A DNA stretch of 63,330 nucleotides, counting the filler, from Cercozoa sp. M6MM (taxonomy: Eukaryota; Protista; Endomyxa: Ascetosporea): assembly GCA_040357565.1 (NCBI GenBank). It is 10 parts of 10 records of this genome, joined end to end, with 100 filler letters (N's around TTAATTAATTAA, not from the genome) between each part and the next. Parts side by side here need not be neighbours in the genome. Positions count along the whole stretch, not along the records: positions 50,523 to 51,627 come from JBDODJ010002172.1; positions 51,728 to 53,562 come from JBDODJ010001904.1; positions 53,663 to 59,066 come from JBDODJ010000916.1; positions 59,167 to 60,861 come from JBDODJ010001951.1; positions 60,962 to 63,330 come from JBDODJ010001784.1; 5 more parts are not named here. One strand, given 5' to 3'. Both the position numbers and the translations under genes were made by a program. Below the pieces are notes generated by a model. The model did no database searches, was not told where the DNA came from, and saw nothing but the letters and a program-made list of their open reading frames with translations. Each line of letters opens with the position of its first letter. The first letter of the stretch is position 1. This document shows, piece by piece, positions 50,579 through 63,330 of this stretch.

Positions 50579-51085
50579 GCGTGAGAGTGTACCGACTAAA
50601 GCTGCGCAAGCTGCGAGCGCAGAACAGTTTCATTGGTCTCGAACATGTAGGTGCGCATCATGGCCTACATGCACACCATCACTCCTCGTTCAAGCACACG
50701 GTACCTCGGTTCTGCGACGGGTAGGTTTTTAACCCTGCGCAAAACACCCTATTTTGTCCGGAAACACCAAGAAGACAGACTTAAACGAAAAAAAAAGAAA
50801 GTGCGATACAAGGACAACACAAGGCGCGGCGGTGGCAGTTTCCCAACAGGAAACATTTAAAGAACAGCAAGCCACAAAACTGTAAAACACAATTCGTTCG
50901 TTTATAGAAGTACACGGCAGCATGAACGACTGCAGTACTGACAGACACACGTGTACACAAGATAAAATTGGATTCGTGAAGAACTTGGTCACGTCGATCG
51001 TTTCCGGGTAAATTATTTACGTTCTCAAGATAGTAGAAAATATAATTTCGTTTTGATAAGTAAAAATATCTGTTCTTTCCGTAGA

Positions 51086-51583
51086 ATCGGCCAAAGTGAT
51101 GCCACCGTCGTTCTCAAGCTACAGCTGTTGCATCCAGTGCTGGCGCTCGCAGTGCTCCAACCAGGCAGCGAGGAGTTCGAGTCAATGGCAGCGCGCGTGT
51201 CCACCCTCGTCCGTGACGGAAGGTGGCGCATGAGAGCGGTGAAGCTGGTACGGGAGGTTATGAAGTCGATACGCAGCGCTGCGGCGTCACTCACGGCGGC
51301 AGACTTTGACGAGACGATGCAGCGCCTGCGAGCACTGTGCATGCTGCTGTTCGAGTCGCCATCAGCATTGCTGGGCTCTCCTGCCGACCTGCACAGTGTT
51401 ATGCAGGTGCCGTCGCTGGTGGAACACATCACGAAATCTGCAAAGTCAGTCGATAGTTGGGACAAGTCAGCATCGTTGTGGAGCTACGAGCTTGCGCTGC
51501 TTGCGCCTGGAGGCGCATCTCTCGCTCAGCGTCCGACGAGCATTGTGCCGTTTTCGTCCTTCTGGCGGCGACTTCTGTGCCCG
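51086..51583 (+). CDS. Hypothetical protein exon
   Basis: Long GC-rich open frame bounded by AG and GT. Confidence 0.4.
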
Positions 51584-53193
51584 GTGAGTTATGCAGAAGC
51601 ACTCAGTGTACGTGTTGCAATTGCTGCNNNNNNNNNNNNNNNNNNNNNNNNNNNNNNNNNNNNNNNNNNNNTTAATTAATTAANNNNNNNNNNNNNNNNN
51701 NNNNNNNNNNNNNNNNNNNNNNNNNNNTTTTTTTTTTGCCCAACTCGAATGTGAGGGTGCACAGATGCTTCCTTTGCCAACTGGACATTTTCCTGAAGCC
51801 ACCGCTTCGCGACGCGCGTTGGACGTGCTGTTTCGAAAGGTGCGGCGGCACGAGTGGCCTGTTGAAGAGTTGTTGGAGCTGCTGCGTTGGCACCTATCGC
51901 CCGACTTGGAGACTGCGACCGAAGTGCTGATTCGAATGTGTCGTGCGAAGAAGGTATCTAGCCTCGGTGTCTCTCTCGTCATTTGGGACGTTTACTTTGT
52001 CTTTTGTGTCGCAGCTTCCGAAGGATCCTTCTGCGCCTGTCCCAGAAGGCGAAGAGCCCGAGACTATCACGATTCTGTCTGCTAAATAAAATTTAGTCGC
52101 GTCGAGTCCTAGTAGCTAGTAACCGTAACGTGGTATTCGCGACAATGCTGCGTCTTCAGATAAGGACATGTCATCACGAAACGAAATAGGAGCGGTAGGA
52201 GAGGAGAAAGCCAGTAGCGGTAGAGCCTAGGCCACCACCCAAAGCGGCCCATATTTCTATGTTTGTCTGCTCGTGTTTTAATAGGTGGGAGGAAAGATAG
52301 GCGACGAGACGACTATCAAAGCGAGCAACAGTGGTTAGAATGTGTCGTCACATGCCTGCTGTCGAGAAAACCGCAGTGTACAGTAAATGTGAATTTGAAG
52401 TTCCGGGCAGGCCAGATTAGATGTCTGGCCAGGCACAGAGGGTGTGAATTGTTCTCTAGATGGCAGATCTGCGGAAGCAGTGCCGCTAGTCAGTGCGTGG
52501 GTCTGACCTGTGTTGTGACACGCCACGCGACACGACAGATTTTTTTGTTCGCGAAACACGATTTTTTCTGCAAGTCGAGCGCGCGCATGAAGGTGTCCCG
52601 CGAGCTTTGAGTACTTTCGTGGCCCGACTGCACCCGGCCCAGATCTAAATGGCTCACTTTCATTGCTCTGGGCTTGATTCGAGTCGGGAAGCGGTGCATC
52701 TTCGCGCGCTGCTGCATCGTGGTTGTGTTCGCGTTGATTCGGTACCACGCCGACACATGCCGAAATGCCTCGGTGTGCTCTAGTTCTTGTGTAGCCATAT
52801 GAGCGCTCGGAACGAATATTGAAACACTGACTGTCTTGACCCAACACATTGCATTGACTTACTGACTCACCGACTGACTGGTCAAACAAGTGTGAAAGAA
52901 CGACTGAAGTGCCCCGAGAGCACTCAAGAGCTTTTGGCGTTTCGCGACATGGTACGATTTTTGTACAGGCGCTGACCCACTCAGCCGGTCAGTTAGGGTG
53001 TCCAGATGCCGTGTATGCCCCCGAGTTTGGGCTTCCTGAGAGGCTGTTGCCTGTGTGTGTGTGTGTGCGTGTGTGTTTTGTGTTTTGCGTTTTTGGTGTT
53101 TTGTGTTTTGTGTTTTGTGTTTTTCTTTTTCTTCATGTTGGAGCCTTGTTTCTCTGTTGCGTGGCCGATGATTTCTGCTGTGGCACCCAACAG

Positions 53194-53547
53194 GGACGTT
53201 TCGCGCGACGCGCCAAGCGCGCACTGCAGAAGCTGCTGCGCGCAGCAAGAAGCGTCGACGAGCGCGAGAGCGAGAGCGTCGGCGTCGACGAGAGCCGCGT
53301 CCGAGCGACGCAGGAGGCAGACGATGCGGCCGCGTGGGCCGCCTTGCGTGCCCAGGAGGCGCGCATTCGCGCACGCGCGTACCGCCGACACGTGCAGGAG
53401 CAGCGCGACTTCAAGCACTCTCTGGCACACGCCGTGCGGAGCAGCGTGCGGCTGGTGCTGTGCCTGGACGAGATCACCCTGTGGCTGGCGCTGGCCGGCT
53501 GGCTCGAACTCACGCAGCCGCACCGGTTCCCTACGCGCAAGTACTGA
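53194..53547 (+). CDS. Hypothetical protein, terminal exon
   Basis: Strong coding-like codon bias after an AG acceptor; ends RFPTRKY*. Confidence 0.45.
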   Translation, partial: GRFARRAKRALQKLLRAARSVDERESESVGVDESRVRATQEADDAAAWAALRAQEARIRARAYRRHVQEQRDFKHSLAHAVRSSVRLVLCLDEITLWLALAGWLELTQPHRFPTRKY

Positions 53548-53729
53548 TCCGGCTCCGGCTCCNNNNNNNNNNNNNNNNNNNNNNNNNNNNNNNNNNNNNN
53601 NNNNNNTTAATTAATTAANNNNNNNNNNNNNNNNNNNNNNNNNNNNNNNNNNNNNNNNNNNNCTTAGTTTACCAAGGCCTGATCCCTATCAGAGAGGGCT
53701 GCGGTAACACTAAACTACGGCAGCATTGG

Positions 53730-55616
53730 TCACTGAGCCGAGCTGGCCTCTCGCAGAGCGTCCTGGATGATGCGCTCGCTGTCGAAATCGACGGCGCTGT
53801 TCGAGTCGATGTGGTCCTGTGATTACACATAGATGAACACACACCTTTTGGAAACACACGAGCGCAGTGAGCGATACCAGCGGAAGCTCATGTTCGTCGA
53901 GCAATTCGCGCGTGAGTCGTACAAAGTTGTCAGCCTCTTGCTCGGTGAGCCAGTAGGATGCAGCATGTCGCACGCGCGCGTACTTGTCGAGCACGAGTGT
54001 GACGTGATCGCCAGTGTAGCCAGCCTGCAGTTCGTTCAACATGGCACGCAACTCGTCAGTCCGACTGGCAACGTACGTGCTCGCCATGGCTTCCTGTTGC
54101 TCAAACACTCTTAAACGGCAAAGAACGCGGAATCAGAGCCGGCATCATCCATGTGATTCCGGACAGGTACCACTGTTTACCTGAGCAAGTTCGGGTTCCT
54201 TGAACTCGCGTGGCAGAGGGTACTTGTGCGTGGACTTGCCGGCAACAACGGTGCGCAGACTCGTGCGTACGGAGCGCGCGATGTTTTTCCTGATGGCTTC
54301 TGAGACGAGTGGAGGCGACGGCGGCACCATCACTTGGACCAGTGGGACACCGAGCGGCCGCAGCTGCTCGCGCCAGATCTCTCGCGTGCGTGCTGCGGCC
54401 ATCACGGCAGCGTTGGTATACATGAACTGCACTCTGTGTGAAATCCAGGGTATCGATAAGGGTGTACGACACATGGGAAGCAAGACGGTAGGGGAGAAGG
54501 TAAGGAAGGAACAGTACAGCATGGGTCTGCCCTCACGTAGCACGAGCTTTCGCAGGTCGATCTCTTGTACCTCCATATCGTTCGTGTCATTCCTGCACAG
54601 ATAGGTATTCGTTTCCTTTTATGAGTCTGTACATTTACTCATACAAGCGTACTTGTTTGGAGGCCGCACGCAGCTGACCTGCAGGTGTGGAAGGTCAGGA
54701 GCATAGTCCTGCTCAAACAGCTTCGTCCAGAACGGCAGCTTGACATTGCGTCTGCACAGAAAGGCACGGGTACAAGGACAAGACGAAGGGAAGGTGAGAG
54801 GGAGGATCAGAGGGCACGCATTCTCTCGCACGCGGTCGATGCTGGCGGCGGCGAATCGAAAGCCATTGGTGTCGGCAAGCGAGGCTTTGATGTCGAGGAT
54901 GTCGTCGACCTCAAGAAGACCACTGCCAGCCTGTGCGTCCTTCTTGACCAAGTCGGTCTTCCACAGAACCTTGGCGCTGCCCTTGATGTTGGTGCGGCCG
55001 CGCAGTGTGTCCAACAGTGGGTTCGTTCCGTCGAACCAGAAACGCACCTTGGCCGACCACGGCCGGGATTTTGCCGCCTCTGTCAAAGAGCGCACAGAGT
55101 GTAAGTATTCAAAACAATGATAAAGGGTGTTGAAGGTTTGAAAGGGCATACTCAGATAGGCGTAGGGATGTTTGGTCGGTTTGTCGCGCAGTCGCAGCGT
55201 GGCGCGGTGCTGTTTAGTCCACTCTTCGACCTCGGCGGCCGTCATGACCTCGCCTGTCTCGTCGTCGAGCCACTTAGCCTTCACGTGGCCCGGGTAGCAC
55301 CTACATGTCACATAATTGCAAAACTAAAAGAGGCATATCATACACAATATCAAGAGTGCCTGTGAGTCGCCTCACGTCGCGGCGGCTCCGTATGATCATA
55401 AGGGGACCGGCCTTCCAGCACGCGCTGCAGCCGCTCTCTCTTGTTCTTGGCGAGCTGCTCGAAACGCGAGTTAGTTTCGGCGAGACGGCGCTGTTTGTCA
55501 ACAGAATCTTCGGTTTCGTTGCCCAGCTTTGCAGACGCGGCCTTTGCCCTCAGGGCCAGCGATCGCTGCTGCCCGCGAAGTGAACGCGCGCACAGGAGAG
55601 AGCCACGGAGCTGCAT
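53730..55616 (-). CDS. ATP10: Mitochondrial ATP synthase assembly factor ATP10-like protein
   Basis: Presequence MQLRGSLLCARSLRGQQRSLALR; C-terminal VTLVLDKYARVRHAASYWLTEQE resembles the ATP10 'LVD..G.IRW...G.AT..E' motif. Confidence 0.6.
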
Positions 55617-56086
55617 TTGTGTAAAAACACAGGTATTAGCACACGTGAGCGGTGGTTTGATGCGATAGGGAGTGCTCGCTGAGCCAACAAGACGCACGCT
55701 TAATTTTGCACTTGAAAACAATAACAATTTGCAGTAATAATCATATCTATATTCTTCTCGTGTTCTTACAGTGTTTTATTTGTGCGACAGGTGCAGTACC
55801 CCGTGTAAATATATGTACTAAACACAGCATTTTATCAAATGACACTCAAATTCTCTTCGGACTTTGGGGGGGTGGGGGGGGGGGGGGGGGTACCCTTGGG
55901 GTGAGCAAATCTATTCTTAGAGCGTCATTGCTGCGAAGTACGCTCAAGGGGAGTACATTGAGGACGAATTTGAACCCTTTTCCGGTAACGAGACTCCTTG
56001 CCGTGCTTCGACATAACATTGTTTGAGTTCCACCCACTTTGCGGTCCAGTTTTTTGTTGATTTCGCGACCTTGGAACGGCCACACT

Positions 56087-57499
56087 ATGCCAATGGGTAT
56101 CGACGATAAAAAGCTGCCTATTCCGGTGGAGTGCAGTACCTTTGACGCTGTCGTTCTTTTCGAGTACATTTACCTACTGATGTTGCTTCGATTCCCCACC
56201 ACGATTTCGTGTGCGTATGTCGCAGTGTTTTCGACGAAGAAGAAAAGACCCTCCAAAGATTTGATTCGGCGGTTCTCGCAGCGGATTCCGATAACTACCG
56301 ATCTGAATATGACTACAATCACTGGCTCACTGAGGTAAACGATACAGTATTACTTCTTTCGCCCACTGGCGTAAACTTTCACTCGCACTCACTATCGTGA
56401 TTTAACTGAACGTAGGAATTGCAAAGTACCAAGCTTCCCTTGGTAACTTACACTGATAGTAAAGTCTTTACGTGAGCAATTCAACTGAAGAGTGAAGAGG
56501 AGCCGAATTTTGTCAGGACGTGGTCGGTGTCATTGTGGAGTACGCAAAGAACCGTGTCATTTTTGATGATGATGTGAGTGCAAACTTACGCCTGAATGCC
56601 TTTATAATTTAGAAAACTGTATCAATTCGATAGGTCGAGTCCTACCTATTTCCTCGCAATGTTGACGTAAGCACGATTCTTCAATGTGTTCAAAGTGTCC
56701 TTGTATAACTTCGATTGGCGGGGTAGATCACACAAGGCACCTACGAGCACCGTTGGTCTCACGAAACCACCCGCCTTCTGTGCACCTGGGGGTATTTCAT
56801 TTCCATAGGTCTGGGAGTCGCTTGTAAACTGAAAAATTTGCATTATGACACTGCTTGATAGGTTTTCTGAGTTTAAAATCGCCTACGAGCGCGGACAGGC
56901 CGTGATCGACGAGAAATTCGACGAGGTTGCGAGCGACTTCGAAGACAAAATCTTCAGCGCGAGTCTGCTCCGTCGCTTGGCGGCCCTCGACTTTCCAATC
57001 AACGCGTTTGAGTTCTGCGCCAAGCACAAAATCGACGTCAACATCCGTTCGTGCAAAACCCACGACGAAATCGATGCGGTTGGTTTAATTTCAGGCAATC
57101 CGAGCCATTTGCTGCTTGTCCGCCAAAAAGTGACGCTGCTGTTGCAGGTGCTTGACGAGGCGCATCCTGATGCCATTTCCTTCGTGTCTCGCGATGGCCG
57201 GCTGGCGGTTTTCATTGCCATCGTGCGCGTTGGTGCCGATGATTTGTGCCGCCATGACAACACGGGCTACTGGAAACAACTCCCGGAATTCAAGTAAATT
57301 GACTTCAACCTCACACACTCATGCAGGCGTATTTGATTTTCTGCAGGGTGCGAAAAGAGCCTCCGCGCCCCGAAGCACCGGTAAGGGGGTTTTTCGCCTG
57401 GTAATTTGTAATTTGTGCTTTTGCTGTACCTCTTGTTGATCGTTGAAGGAACTTCTGATCGGCGGCTACGGGCTTTTCCAGCACCCGGACGATTTCTAG
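56087..57499 (+). CDS. Hypothetical protein
   Basis: Multi-exon model including ORF 56845-57297; ends GLFQHPDDF*. Confidence 0.45.
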
Positions 57500-57738
57500 T
57501 GCAGTCTAAGTCTAAGACATCTTTGGGTTACCAGTATTGTCCCTGAAGTGTCCGGTTATCTAAAAAGCACAGAGATCACGGATGGATCCGCTTCAGGGTT
57601 TTCTCCGATCACGGGATTGTGGTGAGCGAGTTCGCTCCGGGAGTGTCGGAATGAGTGGAGAGAATCCGGGCGGAATCGAAGCTTTACATCCACCTTAGTT
57701 TTGCTGCGATTCTCTCCGTTTGATCCCCCTTCAACATC

Positions 57739-59017
57739 ATGGTCCGCGCAGAGGTACGGACGGACAAGCACTACCCTTGAAAGAGCGGCGCATATAGTTC
57801 TGTTGTGACTTGATGGACAGGTGCCAAAGGAACTGCAGTGGCGTGTTGACAACAAGCTGCCTGTGACACTGCTCTCGGGTTTCTTGGGCAGCGGCAAGAC
57901 CACGTTGCTTAAGCGCATCCTCACTGAGAGTGCAGATGCCGAAGGCAAGGTAACTTAGAGTCGGATTAATTCAGTTTAATTGAATCCAACCCCTGGATGC
58001 ATTTTATCTGGTATCATTGTGCCTCAGGGCAAGCGTGTTGCTGTCATCGTCAATGGTAAGCTCTGTTTTTTTCATGTCCTTTTTTTTCGTGGGGGGGGGG
58101 GGGCCGCCGTTAACCAATTAACCCTCTTCGTCTTCCGTTGCAGACATGTCATCGCTGAACATCGATGCTTCGTTGGTGGCGCGCGCAGATGCCTCGCTCT
58201 CGCAGCAGCAAGAGCGATTGGTGCAACTGCAAAACGGGTACTTTCTTGCACTATCCGTTCGGTAATCTAGACCCCTTCCCTGTAGTTGCATTTGTTGCAC
58301 GCTGCGCGAGGACCTGCGCGACGAACTGCAACGCCTGGCCGCAGTCACCGAGCCTCGCCCCTTCGACTACGTGGTTATTGAGTCCACCGGTGTGGCCGAG
58401 CCGATGCAAGTGGCCGAGACCTTCACCTTTGGCGAGTTGGTCCAGGACACTGAGGACAGCAACGACATGACCGATACCGAGGAACATGAGGGCGCTCCTC
58501 TGAGCGATGTGTGTCGACTTGGTATCATTTTTAATCTTGCTTGCCTCTCGCAGTACTCTTTTACCCACCTGGTCCGACAGACACGTGTGTTACGGTTGTG
58601 GACGCCTCGCGCTTCGACCGCTTGATGGACATGACGACGCCTGCCAATAAGGACGACGAGAACGATAGTGTGGCAGCCTTGCTCACACAGCAGGGTACTA
58701 TGCAGACTTTCTGTGCTTTCATGCCCTTTTTCTCTTTTACTTCTTAACTTATAGTGGAGTTTGCCGATGTTCTGCTGCTCAACAAGACCGATTTGGTCGA
58801 TGAGAGACAAGTCGAACGTATCGGTGCCATCGTCAAGCATCTCAACCCCGTAATTTACCATGCTCGATATTCCTTCGATTTTATCCTTTCTCTCCTAATA
58901 GTCGGCCAAGGTGATCCCAACCTGTCGGTCCAACGTCGAGCTGCACGAGGTGCTTGACACGGGTCTGTTCAGTCTCGAGGCCGCTGCGCAGCGACCTGGC
59001 TGGCTGCAAGAGATTCG
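57739..59017 (+). CDS. COG0523 (CobW/YciC/ZigA-type) G3E GTPase metallochaperone, 3'-truncated
   Basis: [23 protein letters not shown]|[11 protein letters not shown]|[53 protein letters not shown]. Confidence 0.95.
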
Positions 59018-59204
59018 GTGCCTCTTGATCGTGTATTCTTCTGCACCCTTGTTACCCCCCCCCCCCNNNNNNNNNNNNNNNNNNNNNNNNNNNNNNNNNN
59101 NNNNNNNNNNTTAATTAATTAANNNNNNNNNNNNNNNNNNNNNNNNNNNNNNNNNNNNNNNNNNNNGGGGGGGGGGTAAGAGGAATGGGGGGTAAGAGGA
59201 GTAC

Positions 59205-59804
59205 CGGCAGAATTTCGCGCAGAGCGAGCTCCATTGACTCGCCGGCCTAATCGCGCATGAATGCACATTTTGCTTCTTCAGTGAGCGAGTGTGCAAGCTG
59301 TGTATACTTAGTATACTCAGTATACTCAGTGTACCCGCAGGATAGAGACACCGCAAACACCACGAGCGAGTTCAACGCCCTTGAACTCTGTGCCCGTCGG
59401 CTGTGCACAGAAGCAATAGATGCGAGGGTTAACCGGAAGGGAGGGGTAAACTCGAACTACAGTGATGACTGTCTTCTCCGCGTACTCGAGGTCCGAAAGC
59501 GACTTCTCCAGCAGCAGACGAATCTGCAGCACACCAACAACAGTGCAGATACCTAAAAAATAAGCAAACAGAGAGTGCTTTACGATCCGATTGGCCGCGA
59601 AGACAAAGTCGCGCATCACCGTACGCTGATCGCGCAGAACCGTCAACAGACTGCAAGCATCCACCACAACAAAAATGTTTGATTGATACATCATTGTGTG
59701 CGAAAAAACATGCATCCGCACCTGGTCAGGTGTCGCGACGGCTCCAGCACTGTGAGGTTTGAGTGCGACTCGAGAAGATCGTGTGTGTTGGCGTCGTGCT
59801 CCAT
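59205..59804 (-). CDS. UPRT: Uracil phosphoribosyltransferase, 5' part
   Basis: LLTVLRD..DFVFAANRI|IRLLLEKSL, TGTEFKG, CGVSILR|AGESME. Confidence 0.93.
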
Positions 59805-60072
59805 GGCGAGAGTTTATTCGCTGCACACGAGGCCGAGATGAAAAATGTACAGTAACGAGTGTGTACACCAACGTGGATACCTGGGGTGGATCGGAGGTAC
59901 TAGCAGTATTCGGCTTTTATTTTTCGCAAGAACTCCGATTCAGGAATCGGTCCAAAACAGCCCGGTTCAGCCCTTTTTCTCGCCTCAACCGCGAGGCTGG
60001 AAGACAGGAACGAGACAGCAGACTGCTGCACGGACCTGCATATTACGGTCTTTTTTAGAATACAAGTGTTCA

Positions 60073-60770
60073 ATGGCGGTAGATACAAAACGTAAGCTTG
60101 GTCATCCATCCAGGTCGACGATACCAGAGTTTCATTTTATTCGATTGCTGCCCCTGCTGTGTAGTGTCATCGCAGGTTGAGCTGTTCATTTCCTGCAATG
60201 ACCTTCCAAAGATGGATCGGCTGTCGCGAAGTGACCCGTTCGGTACAGCTGTAACATTTAGTAGTTTGCATCTTTGACTGGCACACCGAAATACTCTCAG
60301 GCGTGGTGTCCTGGATACAACCCAACGGCACGCGCACGGAAATTGGACGCACGGAAACGTAGTTTTATTTTCGGTGATCTTTGTGCTCCTATTGAATGTG
60401 TCTCTGTTTGTATGCAGTATTTACGACACGCACGACCCGCAGTTCACGACGCAGTTGCGCGTCGAGTACTTTTTCGAGCAAAATCAAAAGCTGCGTTTCG
60501 ACATCTACGATGAGGTTTCTAGACTACACACTTTTTTGTTTTACCCCCCCTCCCTCCTACTCTTTCTTACCCCTCTGGCAGGACAAGAAAGGTTCGCATA
60601 ACTTGAGTGACCACGACTTTATAGGCTACTGCGAAATGCAACTCTCGGAGGTAGGCACACTGTTCATACGGACACATGTGTTGTGTTATATTGTCGTGCT
60701 CTGTGTTTGTAGATTTTGGCCTCGCCTGGCAGTGCACTGCGACGCCGTCTGATCGCCAAGGACGGCAGTG
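60073..60770 (+). CDS. Copine (C2A domain), 5' part
   Basis: VELFISCNDLPKMDRLSRSDPF, EIGRTET|IYDTHDPQF, YFFEQNQKLRFDIYD, LSDHDFIG. Confidence 0.9.
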
Positions 60771-61109
60771 GTATCTGTTAGCCTACCCCCCCCCCCCCCG
60801 GTAGACAGGGGGGCGCAGGGGGGGGGAGGGGGGGGGGGGGGGAGGCGAAAGAACCCCCACGNNNNNNNNNNNNNNNNNNNNNNNNNNNNNNNNNNNNNNN
60901 NNNNNTTAATTAATTAANNNNNNNNNNNNNNNNNNNNNNNNNNNNNNNNNNNNNNNNNNNNGGGGGGCAACTAAGATGTGAGGTACATGCAAACGACATG
61001 CGGCTGCACAACGAGCCACAGCCAGTGCCGCTGATCCAACAAGGCGTCCACTAGTCTATTAAAAATAAACCAAAATGTAGCTTCAGTTAAAAGCCACAAC
61101 AGTACCGTC

Positions 61110-63320
61110 TCAGTCGATCGGCAGTGGCTTGTGACTTGCGCAGGTCACGCGGCTCCAGTGGAACTGTGTGGCAAGGAATACAGGACAGGGCAAGAGCAGG
61201 GTAGGAGAAAAAAGTGGCTGGCTACAACTGTTGCCGTGCAGTCGGCGGTCCAACTGGTTTAGCAACGAGCCGGCAGCCTCGCCAAAACACACGACACGCG
61301 CCGACGAGGCCGACGTGGCATCGCGCACCGTCAGCACGAACAACCAGGTCCACTCACCGGCCTGGTCCTCTGTGCACAGTCCACACTGATTCCCATTGAT
61401 CCCAGTGGTTCCATTGATCCCAGTCAGCAACCAACTGACCGGTGTCATTGTTCTGTGAGCACGTGTCGGAGAATTCAGCGGCGCGCTCGCAGTCGATGCG
61501 TTGACACATGTCCTCCACGCTGATGCCTTCGTCGTCCATCTGGGGGGGGGTAAAGAGAGGGTAAAGAGGAAAGAGGGGTAAAGAGGGTAAAGAGGGGGTG
61601 AAGAAGGGGCAGCGCAGGGTACAGGCTCCACGCCAATGACCTGACACAGCAGCGGCGACTTCGGCAGATTCAAGTCGGCCGATGTGATGGCGAAATCCGC
61701 CGGCAGCAGACTCGCCAGTGGCACGTGCGCCATCTGAACCACGTGGTCACCCAGGTGGTCACTCAGGTGGTCACTCAGTTACCCATGTGGTCACTCACGT
61801 GGTCACTCATGCGATCAGTACAGTCAGAAGAGACCACGGTACCGGTGAGTCCGCCAGTGCGCGCGAGAGGTGCGGCTGCTCGTTGAAAATGCGGAAGTCC
61901 GAAGCACGTGTCAAGTTGGCGCCCACGTGCCGCCGCACCAGTCGCGCCGCGAAACGCTTCCACCGATCAGGCGAGGCACTGGAGTGACACCAGACAAGCT
62001 TGTTGATTGTAGGTCACACACTCCGAAACAAACGAACCTGTCGTCGTTCGGAAACGTCAGCGACGACGGCGGAAACTCGCGTCGCGCCTCTTGCTCCTAA
62101 GGGGAGGAGTAGGGTAAAGCAGGGGTATACAGGGGGGGGGGGGGCAAACAGGAGTAAAGAGGTAGTAAAGAGGTAGTAAAGAGGAGCAAACAGGGATACA
62201 CATGCGGAGAAAGAGGGTGGAAAGGTACCCGAATGTACATGCGTTGTACAAAGTCGTCCTCGGACTCGAGCCGGTCCAGCGGCGACTCGGGCGCGTCCTC
62301 GTCCAGATCGACCAGAAAGAGGTCGCTCTCTGCATCCAGCGACAGCTGCCGCTGCGCGTCCACGGCGACGTCCTGGAGGTACACCAGACTGGTCTCACTG
62401 GGCGCACACGTCGCCTACCAAGGGGTGCAAAATTGGGAGGATAAAGAGGGGGCTAAGAGCGGGCTAAGAGGGGGTAAAGAAGGGGTAAAGAGGGGAGTAA
62501 AGAGGGGATAAAGAGAGGATAAGGGGGATAAAGAGGGAGCTAAAGGGGTAAAGCAAGGCGATACCGCCAGTCGGCGCAGTCGCATAACGTGCGCAGCATG
62601 AACACACTCGATCAGCGCACCTTCGTTCTGCCACAGCAGCGACGACGAGGACGGCAGGAAACAGTCCTTGAACTGCCAGTGTGTTGCGACAGTATCGGTG
62701 GCTACACTGGCTACACTGGCTACACTGGCTACACCATTGGTGGCTACGCTGGCTACAATACCGGTGGCTACACTGGCTACACGCAGACAACGCTCCACGC
62801 GATCCGCACGTTTCACCGGCATCTCCTCGCCTTCCTGCCGCATGGGGGTAAACACAGGGGGGGGGGGGGTAAACAAGAGATAAGGGGGTAGATGGAGGGG
62901 GTAAACAAGGGGGTAAAGGGCAGATACCGGCCACGGTAGAGGCGGACACGGAGCGCGAAATGTGCCGTCGAACACGTGCGCAATGGCGCCTTTTTGCGTC
63001 TGGAACAGTCGCCATACTACACGGGGTAAAGAGAGTACGAGAGGGGTAAAGAGGGGTAAGAAAGGGGGGTAAAACGCACTCCGAACAGCGAGACACACGC
63101 GACGTGTCGACGTCGGCAGCAGCGTCAAATCGCGCAGCAGCACGAAGGGCGTCCGCGGCATATCTTTTAATTAAGGGTACTTTCTATAGATAAGAGGGTG
63201 AGCTCATGTTGTTAAGGGTGCGAGAGTACAGTTGCTGGAAACGTAGACCTTGCTGTGCCAGAAATCGCGGAGAGCACGCAGTCGATTTCTCGCATACATT
63301 GTGTTGGGCGAGGCCTGGAG
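61110..63320 (-). CDS. POT1/RPA-like OB-fold protein (5'-truncated)
   Basis: AHVFDGT (POT1 OB2 'VWDGT'-like); CQVIGVEP..SVEDMC and WTWLFVLTVRDATSASSARVVCFGEAAGSLL (POT1 C-terminal OB-like). Confidence 0.6.
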
Positions 63321-63330
63321 GGGGGGGGGG

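Overview
Intron-dense eukaryotic (protist-like) nuclear DNA using the standard genetic code; all three stop codons are used. The window is not one locus. About ten contigs are joined by an artificial N-TTAATTAATTAA-N linker, and there is one ordinary 100-N gap at about 15964-16062, so adjacency across linkers carries no biological meaning. Gene models were built by hand from GT-AG introns; exon borders are approximate and no database search was run. Recognisable genes: a receptor with two tandem Venus-flytrap domains, adenylate kinase, an RNASEK-like protein, mitoribosomal uS14m, a very long bS21-like protein, NOC4, a 4-TM sensor-RGS protein, AIM24, EXO1, an Unkempt-like CCCH/RING protein with a LOTUS-like insert, AP-1 gamma, a C2-RasGAP-like protein lacking the Arg finger, MetH, ATP10, a COG0523 GTPase, UPRT, copine and a POT1-like protein. 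The best leads are (1) a roughly 370-nt intronic box C/D scaRNA-like RNA with a predicted U5 loop-1 guide, (2) a receptor-RGS with two helical sensor modules, (3) the double-flytrap receptor, and (4) the bS21-like giant protein next to a nuclear rps14.
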